Source: Eledone cirrhosa | Lineage: Eukaryota | DNA: 64,000 bases | Direction: 5' to 3' | Assembly: GCA_964016885.1 (NCBI GenBank) | Contig: OZ024761.1 | Location: 9,672,001 to 9,736,000, forward strand | In this document: piece after piece, positions 12,815-29,000 of the stretch | How positions within the stretch are numbered: the first letter of the stretch is position 1 | Layout: every line of letters starts with the position of its first letter | Notes under the pieces: generated by a model | What the model saw: only the letters and a program-made list of their open reading frames with translations | What the model was told of the DNA's origin: nothing | The model's database searches: none | Made by a program: the position numbers and the translations under genes

Positions 12815-13545
12815 TTGATATAGAGGTGGGTGTGATGGTGGTGGGGGTGGTTGATATAGTGGGGGGTTGATATAGTGGTGGGGGTGATGGTGGTGGTGGT
12901 GGTTGATATAGAGGTGGGTGTGATGGTGGTGGTGGTGGTTGATATAGAGGTGGGTGTGATGGTGGTGGTGGTTGATATAGAGGTGGGTGTGATGGTGGTG
13001 GTGGTGGTTGATATAGTGGTGGGTGTGATGGTGGTGGTGGTGGTTGATATAGAGGTGGGTGTGATGGTGGTGGTTGATATAGAGGTGGGTGTGATGGTGG
13101 TGGTGGTGGTTGATATAGAGGTGGGTGTGATGGTGGTGGTGGTTGATATAGAGGTGGGTGTGATGGTGGTGGTGGTGGTTGATATAGAGGTGAGTGTGAT
13201 GGTGGTGGTGGTTGATATAGAGGTGGGTGTGATGGTGGTGGTGGTTGATATAGAGGTGGGTGTGATGGTGGTGGTGGTGGTTGATATAGAGGTGGGTGTG
13301 ATGGTGGTGGTGGTTGATATAGAGGTGGGTGTGATGGTGGTGGTGGTGGTTGATATAGTGGTGGGTGTGATGGTGGTGGTTGATATAGAGGTGGGTGTGA
13401 TGGTGGTGGTGGTGGTTGATATAGAGGTGGGTGTGATGGTGGTGGTGGTGGTTGATATAGAGGTGGGTGTGATGGTGGTGGTGGTTGATATAGAGGTGGG
13501 TGTGATGGTGATGGTGGTGGTTGATATAGTGGTGGGTGTGATGAT
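12815..13545. repeat. 27-33-bp GGT-based minisatellite
   Basis: Unit gttgatatagaggtgggtgtgat(ggt)n. Confidence 0.9.
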
Positions 13546-13720
13546 GCTGGTTGATGCAAATGTGCTAATGGTGCTGTGGGGTTGGAGGTGACCGTAGTGG
13601 TAGTGATGGTGGATGTCCTACGACATTATCATAATAAGTTCAATCACCTAACCGTTAAGCTATGCTAAGTCACAACACACACACACATATATATATATAT
13701 CTACATATATATATATATAT

Positions 13721-14132
<412 letters not shown>

Positions 14133-14144
14133 TGGAAAAAAATC

Positions 14145-14232
14145 GCATATCTGACGAGATGTCGAAGAAGAGCCGAGTTCCGTTATTTTGATTTACCCTG
14201 ACCTGATCGATATCGAAGCAATTGTAATATGC
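14145..14232 (+). ncRNA. Type I hammerhead motif with A15.1>G change
   Basis: gcatat-CTGACGA-gatgtcga...tcgatatc-GAAG-caattg-TA-atatgc; 6-bp stem I, 8-bp stem II. Confidence 0.7.
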
Positions 14233-14523
14233 CAATAAAGTTTCTACATATACTGCAACAATGACTCCGATCCTATTTACTACATAATTACTCTGCACAC
14301 TACAGCTCCCTTAACTCTGGGTCACCTCCTAACACGTGACGGACATCGAAACAGCGGAACGTTGCGCCACCTGTAACTGTAGTTACACAACTGTTTTACA
14401 TACATATATACACACACACATATACACACACACATACCCTCATACATACATATACACACACATACATACATATACACACACATACATACGTATATATATA
14501 TATATATATAAACACACACATAC

Positions 14524-14556
<33 letters not shown>

Positions 14557-14619
14557 CACACACACACACACATATATATACACACACATATATATATATA
14601 TGCACACACACAGACTAAC

Positions 14620-14846
14620 TAGCACCCCGTCGGTTTCAGTTGATCTGAACAACAGAACAGCATGAAATTAACGTGAAAGTGGCTGAGCATTCCACAGACA
14701 CGTGTACCCTTGGCGTAGTTGGCAGGGAGATTCAGTGTGAACTACAGGCGCAACTCATTTTTGCCAGCTGAGTGGACTGAAGAAATATAAAATAAAGTGT
14801 CTTGTTCAAGGACACAATGCTCTGACGGGAATCGAACTCGCGACCT
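14620..14846 (-). mobile_element. 5'-truncated tRNA-derived SINE
   Basis: Minus strand B box gagttcgattccc then gtgtccttgaacaagacactt CORE-like domain shared with 46745, 48545, 55710. Confidence 0.75.
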
Positions 14847-16875
14847 GCTTTGTTATTTTTGTCTTTCATACATTTATATGTGTGTGTGTGTGTGTGTGTG
14901 TGCGCGTGTGCGTGTGCGTGTGCGTGTGCGTGTGTGTGTGTGTGCGCGCATGCGTGCATGTGTGTGTGTGTTTATAAAGAAAAACAAAAAGAAAGAAAAA
15001 TTATTCAATAACGAAAGTAAGAGAAATAGCGTTCTGAATACAATAAAATACAATTCAGGGGAAGCTACTCTAATTTTGAATTGGGCTTAATTATCAAGTG
15101 CTATGGATTTATCTCCCTTGAAATTCAGGATGGCAGTGAACATACACAACTGTTGGTGTCGCGTGCCTCATCACCAGACTATACACTATACTGTACACTA
15201 CACTAAATACTACATACTATACACTACACTATATACTACATACTATACACTACACTATATACTACATACTATACACTATACTGTACACTACACTATATAC
15301 TACATACTATACTCTATACTGTACACTATACTGTACACAATACTATATACTACATACTATACACTACACTATATACTACATACTATACACTATACTGTAC
15401 ACTACACTATATACTACATACTATACACTACACTATATACTACATACTATACACTATACTGTACACTACACTATATACTACATACTATACACTACACTGT
15501 ACACTACACTATATACTACATACTATACATTACACTATTTACTACATACTATACACTATACTGTACACTACACTATATACTACATACTATACTCTATACT
15601 GTACACTATACTGTACACAATACTATATACTACATACTATACTACATACTATACACTACACCATATACTACATACTATACACTATACTGTACACTACACT
15701 ATATACTACATACTATACACTACACTATACACTATACTGTACACTACACTATATACTACATACTATATAACATACTGTACACTACACTATATACTACATA
15801 CTATACACTACACTATATACTACTCACTATACACTATACTGTACACTACACTATATACTACATACTATACACTATACTGTACACTACACTATATACTACT
15901 CACTATACACTATACTGTACACTACACTATATACTACTCACTATACACTATACTGTACACTACACTATATACTACTCACTATACACTATACTGTACACTA
16001 CACTATATACTACATACTATACACTACACTATATACTACATACTATACACTATACTGTACACCACACTATATACTATATACTATACACTACACTATATAC
16101 TACATACTATACACTACACTATATACTACATACTATAAACTACACTATATACTACATACTATACACTATACTGTACACTACACTATATACTACCTACTAT
16201 ACACTATACTGTACACTACACTATATACTACATACTGTACACTACACTATATACTACATACTATACACTACACTATATACTACATACTATAAACTAGACT
16301 ATATACTACATACTATACACTACACTATATACTACCTACTATACACTATACTGTACACTACACTATATACTACTCACTATACACTATACTGTACACTACA
16401 CTATATACTACATACTATACACTACACTACATACTACACACTATACACTACACTGTACACTACACTATATACTACACACTATACACTACACTGTACACTA
16501 CACTATATACTACCTACTATACACTATACTGTACACTACACTATATACTACATACTATACACTATACTGTACACTACACTATATACTACATACTACACTG
16601 TACACTACACTATATACTACCTACTATACACTATACTGTACACTACACTATATACTACATACTATACACTACACTATATACTACCTACTATACACTATAC
16701 TGTACACTACACTATATACTACATACTATACACTATACTGTACACTACACAATATACTACATACTATACACTACACTATACACTATACTGTACACTACAC
16801 TATATACTACATACTATACACTACACTATATACTGTACACTATACTATACACTACACTATATACTACTCACTATA

Positions 16876-16937
<62 letters not shown>

Positions 16938-17909
16938 TATAGTGAGTAGTATATAGTGTAGTGTACAGTATAGTGTACAGTATATAGTGTAGTGTATAGT
17001 ATGTAGTAGATAGTGTAGTGTACAGTGTAGTGTATAGTATGTAGTATATAGTGTAGTGTACAGTATAGTGTATAGTGAGTAGTATATAGTGTAGTGTACA
17101 GTATAGTGTATAGTGAGTAGTATATAGTGTACAGTATAGTGTATAGTGAGTAGTATATAGTGTAGTGTACAGTATAGTGTATAGTATATAGTGTAGTGTA
17201 TAGTATGTAGTATATAGTATAGTGTATAGTATGTAGTATATAGTGTAGTGTACAGTATAGAGTACAGTACAGTGTATAGTATGTAGTATATAGTGTAGTG
17301 TATAGTATGTAGTATATAGTGTAGTGTACAGTATAGTGTATAGTATGTAGTATATAGTGTAGTGTATAGTATGTAGTATATAGTGTAGTGTACAGTATAG
17401 TGTATAGTATGTAGTATATAGTGTAGTGTATAGTATGTAGTATATAGTGTAGTGTACAGTGTAGTGTATAGTATGTAGTATATAGTGTAGTGTACAGTAT
17501 AGTGTATAGTCTGGTGATGAGGCACGCGTCACCAACAGTTGTGTATTTGTTCACTGCCATCCTAAATTTCAGGGGAGATAAATCCATAGCACTTGATAAT
17601 TAAGCCCAATTCAAAATGAGAATAGCTTCCCCTGAATTGTATTTTATTGTATTCAGGACGCTAGTTCTCTTACTTTCACTATTGAACAAATTTCTTTATT
17701 TTTATTTTTCCTTATAAACACACACACACACGCGCACACACACCCACACACACATGCACACACACACACACATAGACGCACACATACACACAAACACACA
17801 CATACATACACACAAACATACACACACACAAACACACACACAAATAGACACACACACACACACATATATAAATGTATGAAAGACAAAAATAACAAAGCAG
17901 GTCGCGAGC
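14838..17909. repeat. 3.07-kb imperfect inverted duplication enclosing a TACAC/TATAC pentamer-based satellite
   Basis: 14838-15180 is the diverged reverse complement of 17508-17909; satellite 15178-16880 flips orientation across (TA)n at 16880-16933. Confidence 0.9.
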
Positions 17910-18459
17910 TGCCCTTCCTAACACCAACCACATTTACAGTGTGGGGCTGGGAGGTTTTTACGGTGTTGCCTACACGGCCACATTACAGCGTGGACTGTGT
18001 GTTTTTTTGTCGTGACACCTACACGATCTCATTTGTTTCGGCCTCGATGGCGCGGCACCAACATAACTTTACATTGAAAGGGGCGGTGTGGATGGGTGGG
18101 GGAGGTGGGACGGGGGTGTATTTTGTTAGAGATGCCTACTGACTGTAGTAGGTTTTACTTTGTATTTAGGTAAGGCGGGTCTTCTCTATTACTGAGTACC
18201 GCCAAAAGTCTCTGTCCAGTGACATTGTCTTGGAGAGGTGTAAGTGTGTGAGGTCGGAATTTATCAGCTCGTCCCAGGTTTTTCTGGATCTGCCTACTCC
18301 GTGGCTACCGTCTATCTTTATTGCCCTGCACTTTGTTATACAGCTGTCGTCTTTCCTGCGCATCACGTGACCATACCAACGTAGCCTTCTCTCGAGTAAA
18401 CAACATCTGATCCCTCTTATTTCTAATTTTTTCCTTAGTTCGTTTATGCTTTGCCGTCT
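17910..18459 (-). mobile_element. RTE-clade LINE 3' fragment
   Basis: RRLRWYGHVMRR...GRSRKTW...DR..WR C-terminal motif (stop at 18166) followed by probable 3' UTR. Confidence 0.8.
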
Positions 18460-18474
18460 ATATATATATAAATA

Positions 18475-18546
<72 letters not shown>

Positions 18547-18548
<2 letters not shown>

Positions 18549-21422
18549 ACTTTGAATAACTTTGAAATGTTTTGGCCAGTATTGGCCCAGGCCATGTCTA
18601 ACTTAATAGCACCACCTGGCGAAGTCTTTCAACTCAGGATTTGGGCACCATGGCCCATTCGAGAAGAGAATTACTGCTTGCGGAGACATATCCGGGTGTG
18701 GGTGGTTTGTCCGGGATTACTTGGAGGAATTTGTCCAAAGACTTCTTGAATTTTGTGTGGTCAGTTTCTGTTTTAACGTGTCCTGGTGTGGTGTTGAAGA
18801 GAGTAGGGCCAATTGAGGTGAAATAATTGTGCCGTATTGTTGTTGTGTGTTGCGATTTAGATTTTTGTTTGGGACGGATAGCACGGGGCCCAAGCCTTGG
18901 GTGTATTTTGAAGGTGATGCCAACATCATTTGGGCAGTGCTGATGAAACATTTTCCACATCATGCAGATGATATAACGCTCACGGCGACGTTGGAGTGAG
19001 TAAAGTTTCAGCTTTTCTAGTCGACCCCAGTAGTCAAGGTCTGACATGCCATCTATCTTTTTCGTGATTGCCCTTTGGGGAGCTTCAAGTTTGATGATAC
19101 TTTGTTTCGTGTGGGGAGACCATAGTGGACAACAGTATTCAAGGTGTGGTCGGGCAAAAGTGGAGAAGAGAAGGATAATGGTGTGGGAATCTCTCGACTG
19201 GAAGGTTCTGAGGATCCAGGAACACATTCTGCGGGCCATGTCAACTTTGCTGCTTATATGCGTGGCACAGCTTATGTTGCTGTCCATGGTTACTCCCAAG
19301 TCTCTGATGTTGTTAGATGCCACGAGAGTTTCACCGGAGGGAAGGGAGTACGGGAGTTTCAGAGCATCCTCTTTTCCAAAGTGGATCAGTTCGAATTTGT
19401 CTTCGTTCAGTAACATGTTGTTCTCTTCCGCCCATTGGGTAACAGCCAGTAGGTCTGACTGAAGGCTTATCCGGTCATCCACGCCATTGATGACTTTTGG
19501 AGCTTGGAATCATCAGCGAAAATTCTAATATTGCTGTGTTTGATAATGTTAGTGATGTCATTAATATAGATGATGAAGAGAAGTGGGGCCAACACTGCCT
19601 TGTGGGACCCCACTACTGACTTTGGCTGGGCTGGATTTGACTCCTTCGACTACAACATGTTGGGTTCTGTTTGACAGGAAGCTCTTGATCCACTGCAGCA
19701 GCTTTCCAGTGACACCAATATTGGACAGCTTTCTCAGTAGAATGTTGTGATCAACCCTGTCAAAGGCCTTGCTGAAATCAAGGTAGATAACATCAGTGTT
19801 GGAACCCTCTCCCAAGGCTCTCAAAATGTCATCAAAGTGATGCAGTAGCTGCGTCAGGCAATCCCTTCCATTACGGAATCCATGCTGGTTGGAGTTCAGC
19901 ATATTGTTACTCTCAAGGAAGTGGGTCATTCGCGATCTGACCACTCTCTCAAATACCTTAATGATATGAGAGGTGAGTGAGATTGGACGGTAATTCACGG
20001 CAAGGGATTTGTTTCCTTTTTTGAAAACTGGGACAACAGACTGGGATAGAAGGTTTTCTGGCACATATCCAGCATCCAGTGAGTTCCGCCACAGATTGGC
20101 AAGAGGAGATGCAAGTTGGTGTTGACACGCCTTGAAGACACAAGCAGGGAACCTATCGGGACCTACTGCTGAATTATGCTTGATTTTCTTTATTGCCGCT
20201 AAGACATCGGGGGCGCCAAATGTTATGTCCGATAAGGTGTAATGGGGAGTAACATCGCCGATACAGCCCAGATCGGCCATATCAGGATTGCTGAAAACAG
20301 AGCAGTATTGTTTCTGCAGTATCTCACCCATGGTTTTAGCATTGTCTTGAAGAGTGCCATTTTCATCAATTAGAGGGCCAACAGTAGAGCCAGTGATTTT
20401 GTGTTTTTTTGCAAATGAAAAGAACACTTTGAGATTGAGTTTGATCTTCTCAATGGCCCAGGCCTCTTCGGCTCTTCTCTGATTGTTGATGATAGACATC
20501 ATATTGTTCTGGAGGTTATGTTTTTTAATCTCTAGTGATGAAATGGCAGTCAAGTTGATGTGTTGCTGCTGACAGTATTTCAGCTTGTTGATTTTTTTGT
20601 TCGTTCTCTTAATTTTCCTGATGAGCGTTTTTCTATTTCTAGGGATTCTGCTCTTAGATTTGTTTATAGTTCTTAATGGGGTGTGTTTTGCACATATGTT
20701 TGTAACAGTGTCCAGAAATGTCTGCCAGGACTTTTTGATGTTAGTGGGTGTATGAGTGTGCATGAAAGACCAGTCGACATGTGCAAGATCATGACTGATC
20801 GCTTCCCAGATTGCATTGTGGAAATCCATAGCATCAAACGGATGGACAGGAGAGATGACATTGGGTTTGTATATTGGATGGTGGAATCTCAGATCACAGA
20901 GAACCATGTCATGATCAGAGAGTAGAGTTTTCTCCACTGCAATATTGTGGATATTGTCAGTGTGATTGCCGAAAATTAAGTCTAGGACGTTTTTGTGGCA
21001 CCTCGTTGGTTCGAGCACCAGTTGGGACAGGAAGAAATCGTCCATGAAGTCAAGAAGCGATTCCACTGCATCCCTGTCAGAGGTTGAGGCAGAAGAACCT
21101 GGTGGCAGGTTGTTTGTGGACCAGTCAACTCCGGGGAGGTTGAAGTCCCCCATCATTAAGATGTTGTCAGGGTGACACTCTTGGATGAAACACTTTATGC
21201 TGTTGAGGCATTCCTTGAAGCATGGTACAGGCGTTTGGGGTGGCCTATGGAGCCCAACTACTATTAGGTTGTTGGTTTGACTGAATACAGTGACTGCTTC
21301 GCAGTATCCATTAGTAAATATGTTCATAGCCTCTGTTGAGAAAGAATTATGGACATAAATGGCAGTCCCACCCTCTCTTCTGCCAGCGCGATCAGCACGG
21401 ATGGCTTTGAAATTTTTCACTA
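18547..21422 (-). mobile_element. LINE family A copy 2 (partial APE endonuclease + RT), frameshifted
   Basis: GGTAIYV, MGDFN, LDLIF, SDHD APE motifs then RT; 2-bp deletion near 19596; tail (TTCAAAGTTA)2; TA-flanked; more diverged than copies 1, 3, 4. Confidence 0.95.
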
Positions 21423-22723
<1,301 letters not shown>

Positions 22724-23979
22724 GGAGAGGGTTCCAACACTGATGTTATCTACCTTGATTTCAGCAAGGCCTTTGACAGGGTTGATCATAACATTCTACT
22801 GAGAAAGCTGTCCAATATTGGTGTCACTGGAAAGCTGCTGCAGTGGATCAAGAGCTTCCTGTCAAACAGAACCCAACATGTAGTTGAGGGAGTCAAATCA
22901 AGCCCAGCCAAAGTCAGTAGTGGGGTCCCACAAGGCACTGTGTTGGGCCCACTTCTCTTCATCATCTATATTAATGACATCACTGACATCATCAAACACA
23001 GCAACATTAAAATTTTCGCTGATGATTCCAAGCTCCAAAAGGTCATCAATGGCGTGGATGACCGGATAAGCCTTCAGTCAGACCTACTGGCTGTTACCCA
23101 ATGGGCAGAAAAGAACAACATGTTACTGAACGAAGACAAATTCGAACTGATCCACTTTGGAAAAGAGGATGCTCTGAAACTCCCGTACTCCCTTCCCTCC
23201 GGGGAAACTCTCGTGGCATCTAACAACATCAGAGACTTGGGAGTAACCGTGGACAGCAACATAAGCTGGACCATGCATATATGCAGCAAAGTTGACATGG
23301 CCCGCAGAATGTGTTCCTGGATCCTCAGAACCTTCCAGTCGAGAGATTCCCGCACCATTATCCTTCTCTTCTCTACTTTTGCCCGACCACACCTTGAATA
23401 CTGTTGTCCACTGTGGTCTCCCCACACGAAACAAAGTATCATGAAACTTGAAGCTCCTCAAAGGGCAATCACGAAAAAGATAGATGGCATGTCAGACCTT
23501 GACTACTGGGGTCGATTAGAAAACCTGAAACTTTACTCACTCCAACGTCGCCGTGAGCGTTATATTATCTGCATGATGTGGAAAATGTTCCATCATCACT
23601 GCCCAAATGATGTTGGCATCGCCTTCAAGATACACCCAAGGCTTGGGCCCCGTGCTATCCGTCCCATTCAAAAATCTAAATCGCAACTCATAACAACAAT
23701 ACGGCACAATTATTTCACCTCAATCGGCCCTGCTCTCTTCAACATCACACCAGGACACGTCAAAACAGAAACTGACCACACAAAATTCAAGAAGTCTTTG
23801 GACAAATTCCTCCAAGTAATCCCGGACAAACCACCCACACCCGGATATGTCTCCGCAAACAGTAATTCTCTTCTCGAATGGGCCATGGTGCCCAAATCCT
23901 GAATTGAAAGACTTCGCCAGGTGGTGCTATTAAGTTAGACATGGCCTGGGCCAATACTGGCCAAAACATTTCAAAGTTA
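22724..23979 (+). mobile_element. LINE family A copy 3, 5'-truncated within RT (stop at 23902)
   Basis: Near-identical to copy 1, one codon deleted (QHVVEG); single TTCAAAGTTA tail then TA array. Confidence 0.95.
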
Positions 23980-23992
23980 TGTATATATATAC

Positions 23993-24136
<144 letters not shown>

Positions 24137-24163
24137 GTATATGTATATATATATATGTATATA

Positions 24164-24223
<60 letters not shown>

Positions 24224-24247
24224 TATGTATATGTATATGTATATATG

Positions 24248-24308
<61 letters not shown>

Positions 24309-24327
24309 GTATAAATATATGTATATA

Positions 24328-24374
<47 letters not shown>

Positions 24375-24431
24375 GTATATATATACATATATATATACAT
24401 ATATATATATATACATATATACATATGTATA

Positions 24432-24517
<86 letters not shown>

Positions 24518-25823
24518 CAGGGTGGGGCATAAAAACTGTTACAAAATAAAATACAAATAGTTCTTGAAAAAAACTTTTATTTCAAGATCTGACTTCAACA
24601 AATACTAAGTAATATACTATTAAACAACTGCACACAAATTTATTCGAAATGCTTTCCTCTAACTCTCACTACTGCTCGAAGTCTTCTCGGAAAGTCTTCG
24701 ATGGCTGCACGAACAGTTTCCATGGCTATTTTCTCCCATACTTTATTCAGTTTTGATTTTAGAGTTTCAATATTTTGGTTAGAAGTAGAGCAGGCTTCAC
24801 TCTCAAGAATTGACCATAAAGAAAAATAAAGCGGGTTGAGATCTGGTGATGTGGGAGGCCACTCTTCCTTACTGATCCATGCAGGACAATAGTCTCCACA
24901 CCACTGTTGTGTTACGCTAGCAGTGTGGCTCGTCGCTCCATTTAGTTGGAGAGTCCAAATGTCATCGCCATAAACAGATGTGCACCATGGCATCAGTGCT
25001 CCTTCCAAAATATCCTTTATGTAAAGTTTGTTGTTAATTTTAACTCCTTGAGGCACAAAAATCAGAGGAGACTTCCCCCTTTCAGAAATGGCTGCCCAAA
25101 CCATCACTGATGCTGGTTTCTGTGTTCTGAACCCTTTTCCTACACTTGAAGGAATTGATTTGAGACATTTTGCAAGTACTCGATCATTTTGATGATTGTG
25201 AGACTGCTGCACAAGGAATAACTTCTCATCTGTAAAGATGATGTTTTGCAGCGTGCCATCCTTGATACAGTTCAATAACATTTTACTTCTGGAGAGCCTC
25301 TGTTCAATTGTGGCTGCAGAAAGAAACTGCCTCTTTTGGAACTTATAGGGTGACATCCCCAGATCATCTCGACATATCCTCCGCATAGTTCTCGTCCATG
25401 TTTTTGCTTCTTCTGCCATTTTTCTCATGGACCTTCTTGGATTACGCCTTATTTTTTCCCTCACACTTTTAACGAGTTTTGGTGTTCTTGAGGTGCGAGG
25501 GCGTCCGGATCAAGGTCTGTCTTTGGTCGAGGAAGTTTCCTTAAATCGATCGATTGTCCTTTTGATCAACATTCTATTGATCTTAAGAGTTTTCCCCAGT
25601 TTAAATATCTCGGGTGGAGTCAGGCCTTTTTCATGCTTCTCTATAATGAACTTTCTTTTCAATTCTATGGACATTGCAAATTGTTAATAGCGTAATGTCC
25701 TGAAAAATAGTTAATATGGCTATAGTGCATGGATTTGATACAAATATATTGGTTATGTTAGCAACATAATGTATTTTTAAATTGATTTAAAAAACTTTGT
25801 AACAGGAATTATGCCCCGCCCTG
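24518..25823 (-). mobile_element. Full-length Tc1/mariner transposon, DD37D (maT) type
   Basis: ~28-bp imperfect TIRs cagggtggggcataaaaactgttacaaa / tttgtaacaggaattatgccccgccctg, TA at both ends, 1306 bp. Confidence 0.9.
24640..25674 (-). pseudogene. Inactivated DD37D transposase (345 codons)
   Basis: ATG at 25674; in-frame TGA at 25510-25512 before SGRPR; FTDEK intact, second D>N (QLNGA), third D>Y (SPDLNPLY), 37 residues between them. Confidence 0.88.
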
Positions 25824-25833
25824 TATATATATG

Positions 25834-25883
<50 letters not shown>

Positions 25884-25890
25884 TATATAT

Positions 25891-25962
<72 letters not shown>

Positions 25963-25970
25963 ATATATAT

Positions 25971-26002
<32 letters not shown>

Positions 26003-26014
26003 GTGTATATATAT

Positions 26015-26069
<55 letters not shown>

Positions 26070-26093
26070 TAAATATATATATGTATATATGTA

Positions 26094-29000
26094 TACTCTT
26101 TTACCTGTTTCAGCCATCCGGCTGAGACCATGCTGGGGCACCGCCCTTGTTGCTACACATTTTATCTCCAGCCTGTATAGGTTGGCCACTGGTGTAGGAG
26201 GGAGTTTGTTGCTGCTGCCCTTAGGTTTCCCTCGTGTCTTGCTGTGGGCTCATCCGGGAACCTGGATAACAAGGCGTCGAGATGTTTCTTAAAGACATCC
26301 ACCTCCACGTCATGCAAGTCTCGCAGATGCCTCGGCAGCATGTTGAAGAGTTGAGGGCCCTTGAATCCCAGGCTATTGCAATACCTGCTCCTTATTCTAG
26401 ATGTGGAAGACGGGACCTTTGGCACCACACAGCGACATCCTGTTCGACGGTTGGTCCAGCTCCCAATGCCAAAGTTTGGTGCTAGTCCCTCCAGGATTTT
26501 CCACATGTAGATCACTGCGTATCTCTCCCGTCTTCGCTCCAAGGAGTAGAGGTTCAGTTCCTTTAGCCTCTCCCAGTAGCTTGTCTCCCTCATCTTGGCA
26601 ATCCTCTTGGTGTAGCTTCGCTGGATTGCCTCAAGCTCCGTGGTTAGTTTGACACTATGGGGTGACCACAACTGGGAGCAGTAGTCCAGGCGGCTTAGGA
26701 CAAATGTCCTCCATAGTGTCAACATGGTGTCTCGATCTCTTGTCCGGAAAGTCCTCAAGATCCAGCCAGCGAGTCGTCTGCACATTGTCGCCACTCTCAT
26801 GATGTGTGAAGAAAAAGATGCATCATCGCTCATGTCTATGCCCAGGTCTCGTATCGATTTTGACATGGGGATATTGGTCCCTCCTGGTCCTGTGTAGTTG
26901 GGTTCCACTATATTTGTGTTTGCAGGTTTATTTGGAGGTTTGTATTGTAGGGCTTGGAATTTGCCAGCATTAAACTGCATGTTGTTTTCTTCTGCCCATT
27001 TGTATATGGCATCCAGATCCTGCTGTAAAAGGGCAGCGTCAGCCGGGTTTTTCGATTGCCTGTGCTACCTTAGTGTCATCAGCATAGCTAGTGAGGGATG
27101 TTGTTGTATGTACTACAGAGGGCATGTCTGAGAGAGCCACCAAAAACAGTAGTGATCCCAGGACTGTCCCCTGGGGCACCCCACTTGTTATTGGTGTTTC
27201 CTTTGAGAGGGCCCCATTTGCTGCGACTGCCTGGCTTCTGTCCTTTAGGAAGTCATGCAGCCACTCACCTACTTTTCCAGTTATGCCGAGTCTGTGTAGT
27301 TTGTGACATATCATTCCGTGGTCGACCTTGTCAAAGGCCTTCGCAAAGTCAAGATATATCACGTCCACATGTGAGCTGTCTAGTAGTTGTCTCAGTACCC
27401 AGTCGTAGTGATGTAGCAGCTGTGTAAGGCAGCTTCTTCCTGGGCGGAAGCCATGTTGTGTGCTAGTCAGGCGGTCATTTTCCTCGAGGAAAGTGATCAG
27501 TTTCTTTCTGACGACTCACTCCATGACCTTACTGATATGCGACGTCAGGGAGACTGGCCTATAGTTTTTGGCCTCCACTCTGCTACTTCCTTTATGGATA
27601 GGGCATATTGTGCCTTCTTTCAGCTCCCTGGGTAGTACACCGCTAGCCAAGGAGCTTCTGAAGAGCATCTTCAGTGGAGTTGCTAAGGCCCGCTTACATA
27701 TTTTTAAGAGAACTGCTGGGAATCCATCAGGTCCAGCAGCCGAGTCTGTTCTAATTTCATCAATGGCGTACACCACATCCTCCTCCGTTATGTCTATGTG
27801 GTTAATGGTTGCCTTTTCTTCATGTAGTGTTTTGGCATCAAAGAACTCCTCTGGCTTTGTTATTTGCATGTGCCTCAGTGGACATGTGAAGACACTTTTG
27901 TACTGTTCGTTCAGTATTTCACATATCTCTTGGGGTTTTCTGTTAATGAACCGTCCGTATGGAAGAGTGGCCCAATCTTGCAGTGTACTGAGGCAGTTTC
28001 TTTTGCAAATTTAAAGAAGGCCTTAGGGTTTGTTTTAATGTTTTCTATGGCCCTGTTCTCTTTCTTTGCCCTCTCATTCTCATGGGAAAGCTTGAGTGCA
28101 ATCTCGGTGCCAAGTAATGCACATTTCAAATAGGATTCCTTCTTGTTTTTGTTTTGTTGACTATTCAACTGGTTTGAGAGTTTAGTTCTACGTCTCATAA
28201 GGATTTTCCTATCTCTGGGAATAAGATTTTTGTGTCTGTTTGTCTCTTTCTCCGGGACAAACTTTCTGCATATAGTGTGTATCGTTGTCATGAAGTGTTG
28301 AAATTGTGTGTTAGTGTCTTGTGTGGCGGTGTTTTCACTCCATGTTTGCTTCCGGATTTCTCTCTTAAATCTTTTTCCAGTTAGCCTTGTAGAAGTTAAG
28401 GCTGGATAACGTCCCGGAGCTTCTTGGTGGTTTTGTCTCTGTTGGTTCTCTTGGACCACATATCATTAGCTCTACTAAGTTATGATCCGAGAAAATTGTT
28501 GGTGTCACCTTTACGTTGTGGAAGAGCACTTCGTTGTTTGTAAAAAAGAGGTCCAGGACATTTTCGCCTCTTGTTGGGAGGAGTATTGCTTGCTCCATGG
28601 ACAACCTGTGTGTGAGGGCCAGCAGGGATTCCGTCTGTCTCTGTTCTATTGACGTCATTCCAGAGAGGAGGTGGCCCTCAGGCCATTTGACCTTTGGTAG
28701 GTTGAGGTCTCCCAGCAGTAGAATGTTGAGACCCTGGTCCAGTTTGTCAAGGACCTCTTCTTTCCTACTTAGGCTATCCTCAAATTTACCCTCATGACTG
28801 GGGGCATCGGGCAGCCGATATGTGACACATATTACTGTCTGTAGTTGCTTCATATGTACTATCAGTGTGTCACAGACTGAGTTTGAATGTGTCAACAGTA
28901 CAATTGGTGTGACATCTTCACGGATATACAGAGCAACCCCACCACGAGTTCTCTCCTTCCTGTCCGAACGAAATACAGTATATTTCGGTATATGTATTTC

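Noticed and set aside
12543-13559. Extensin-like SHPPLYQPPPP ORF
   Set aside because: Translation of a GGT minisatellite; several frames open, no splice or codon evidence
15103-16935. 610-aa YTLH-repeat ORF and its mirror at 16871-17587
   Set aside because: Pentamer satellite without stops; the shared N-terminus reflects the inverted duplication
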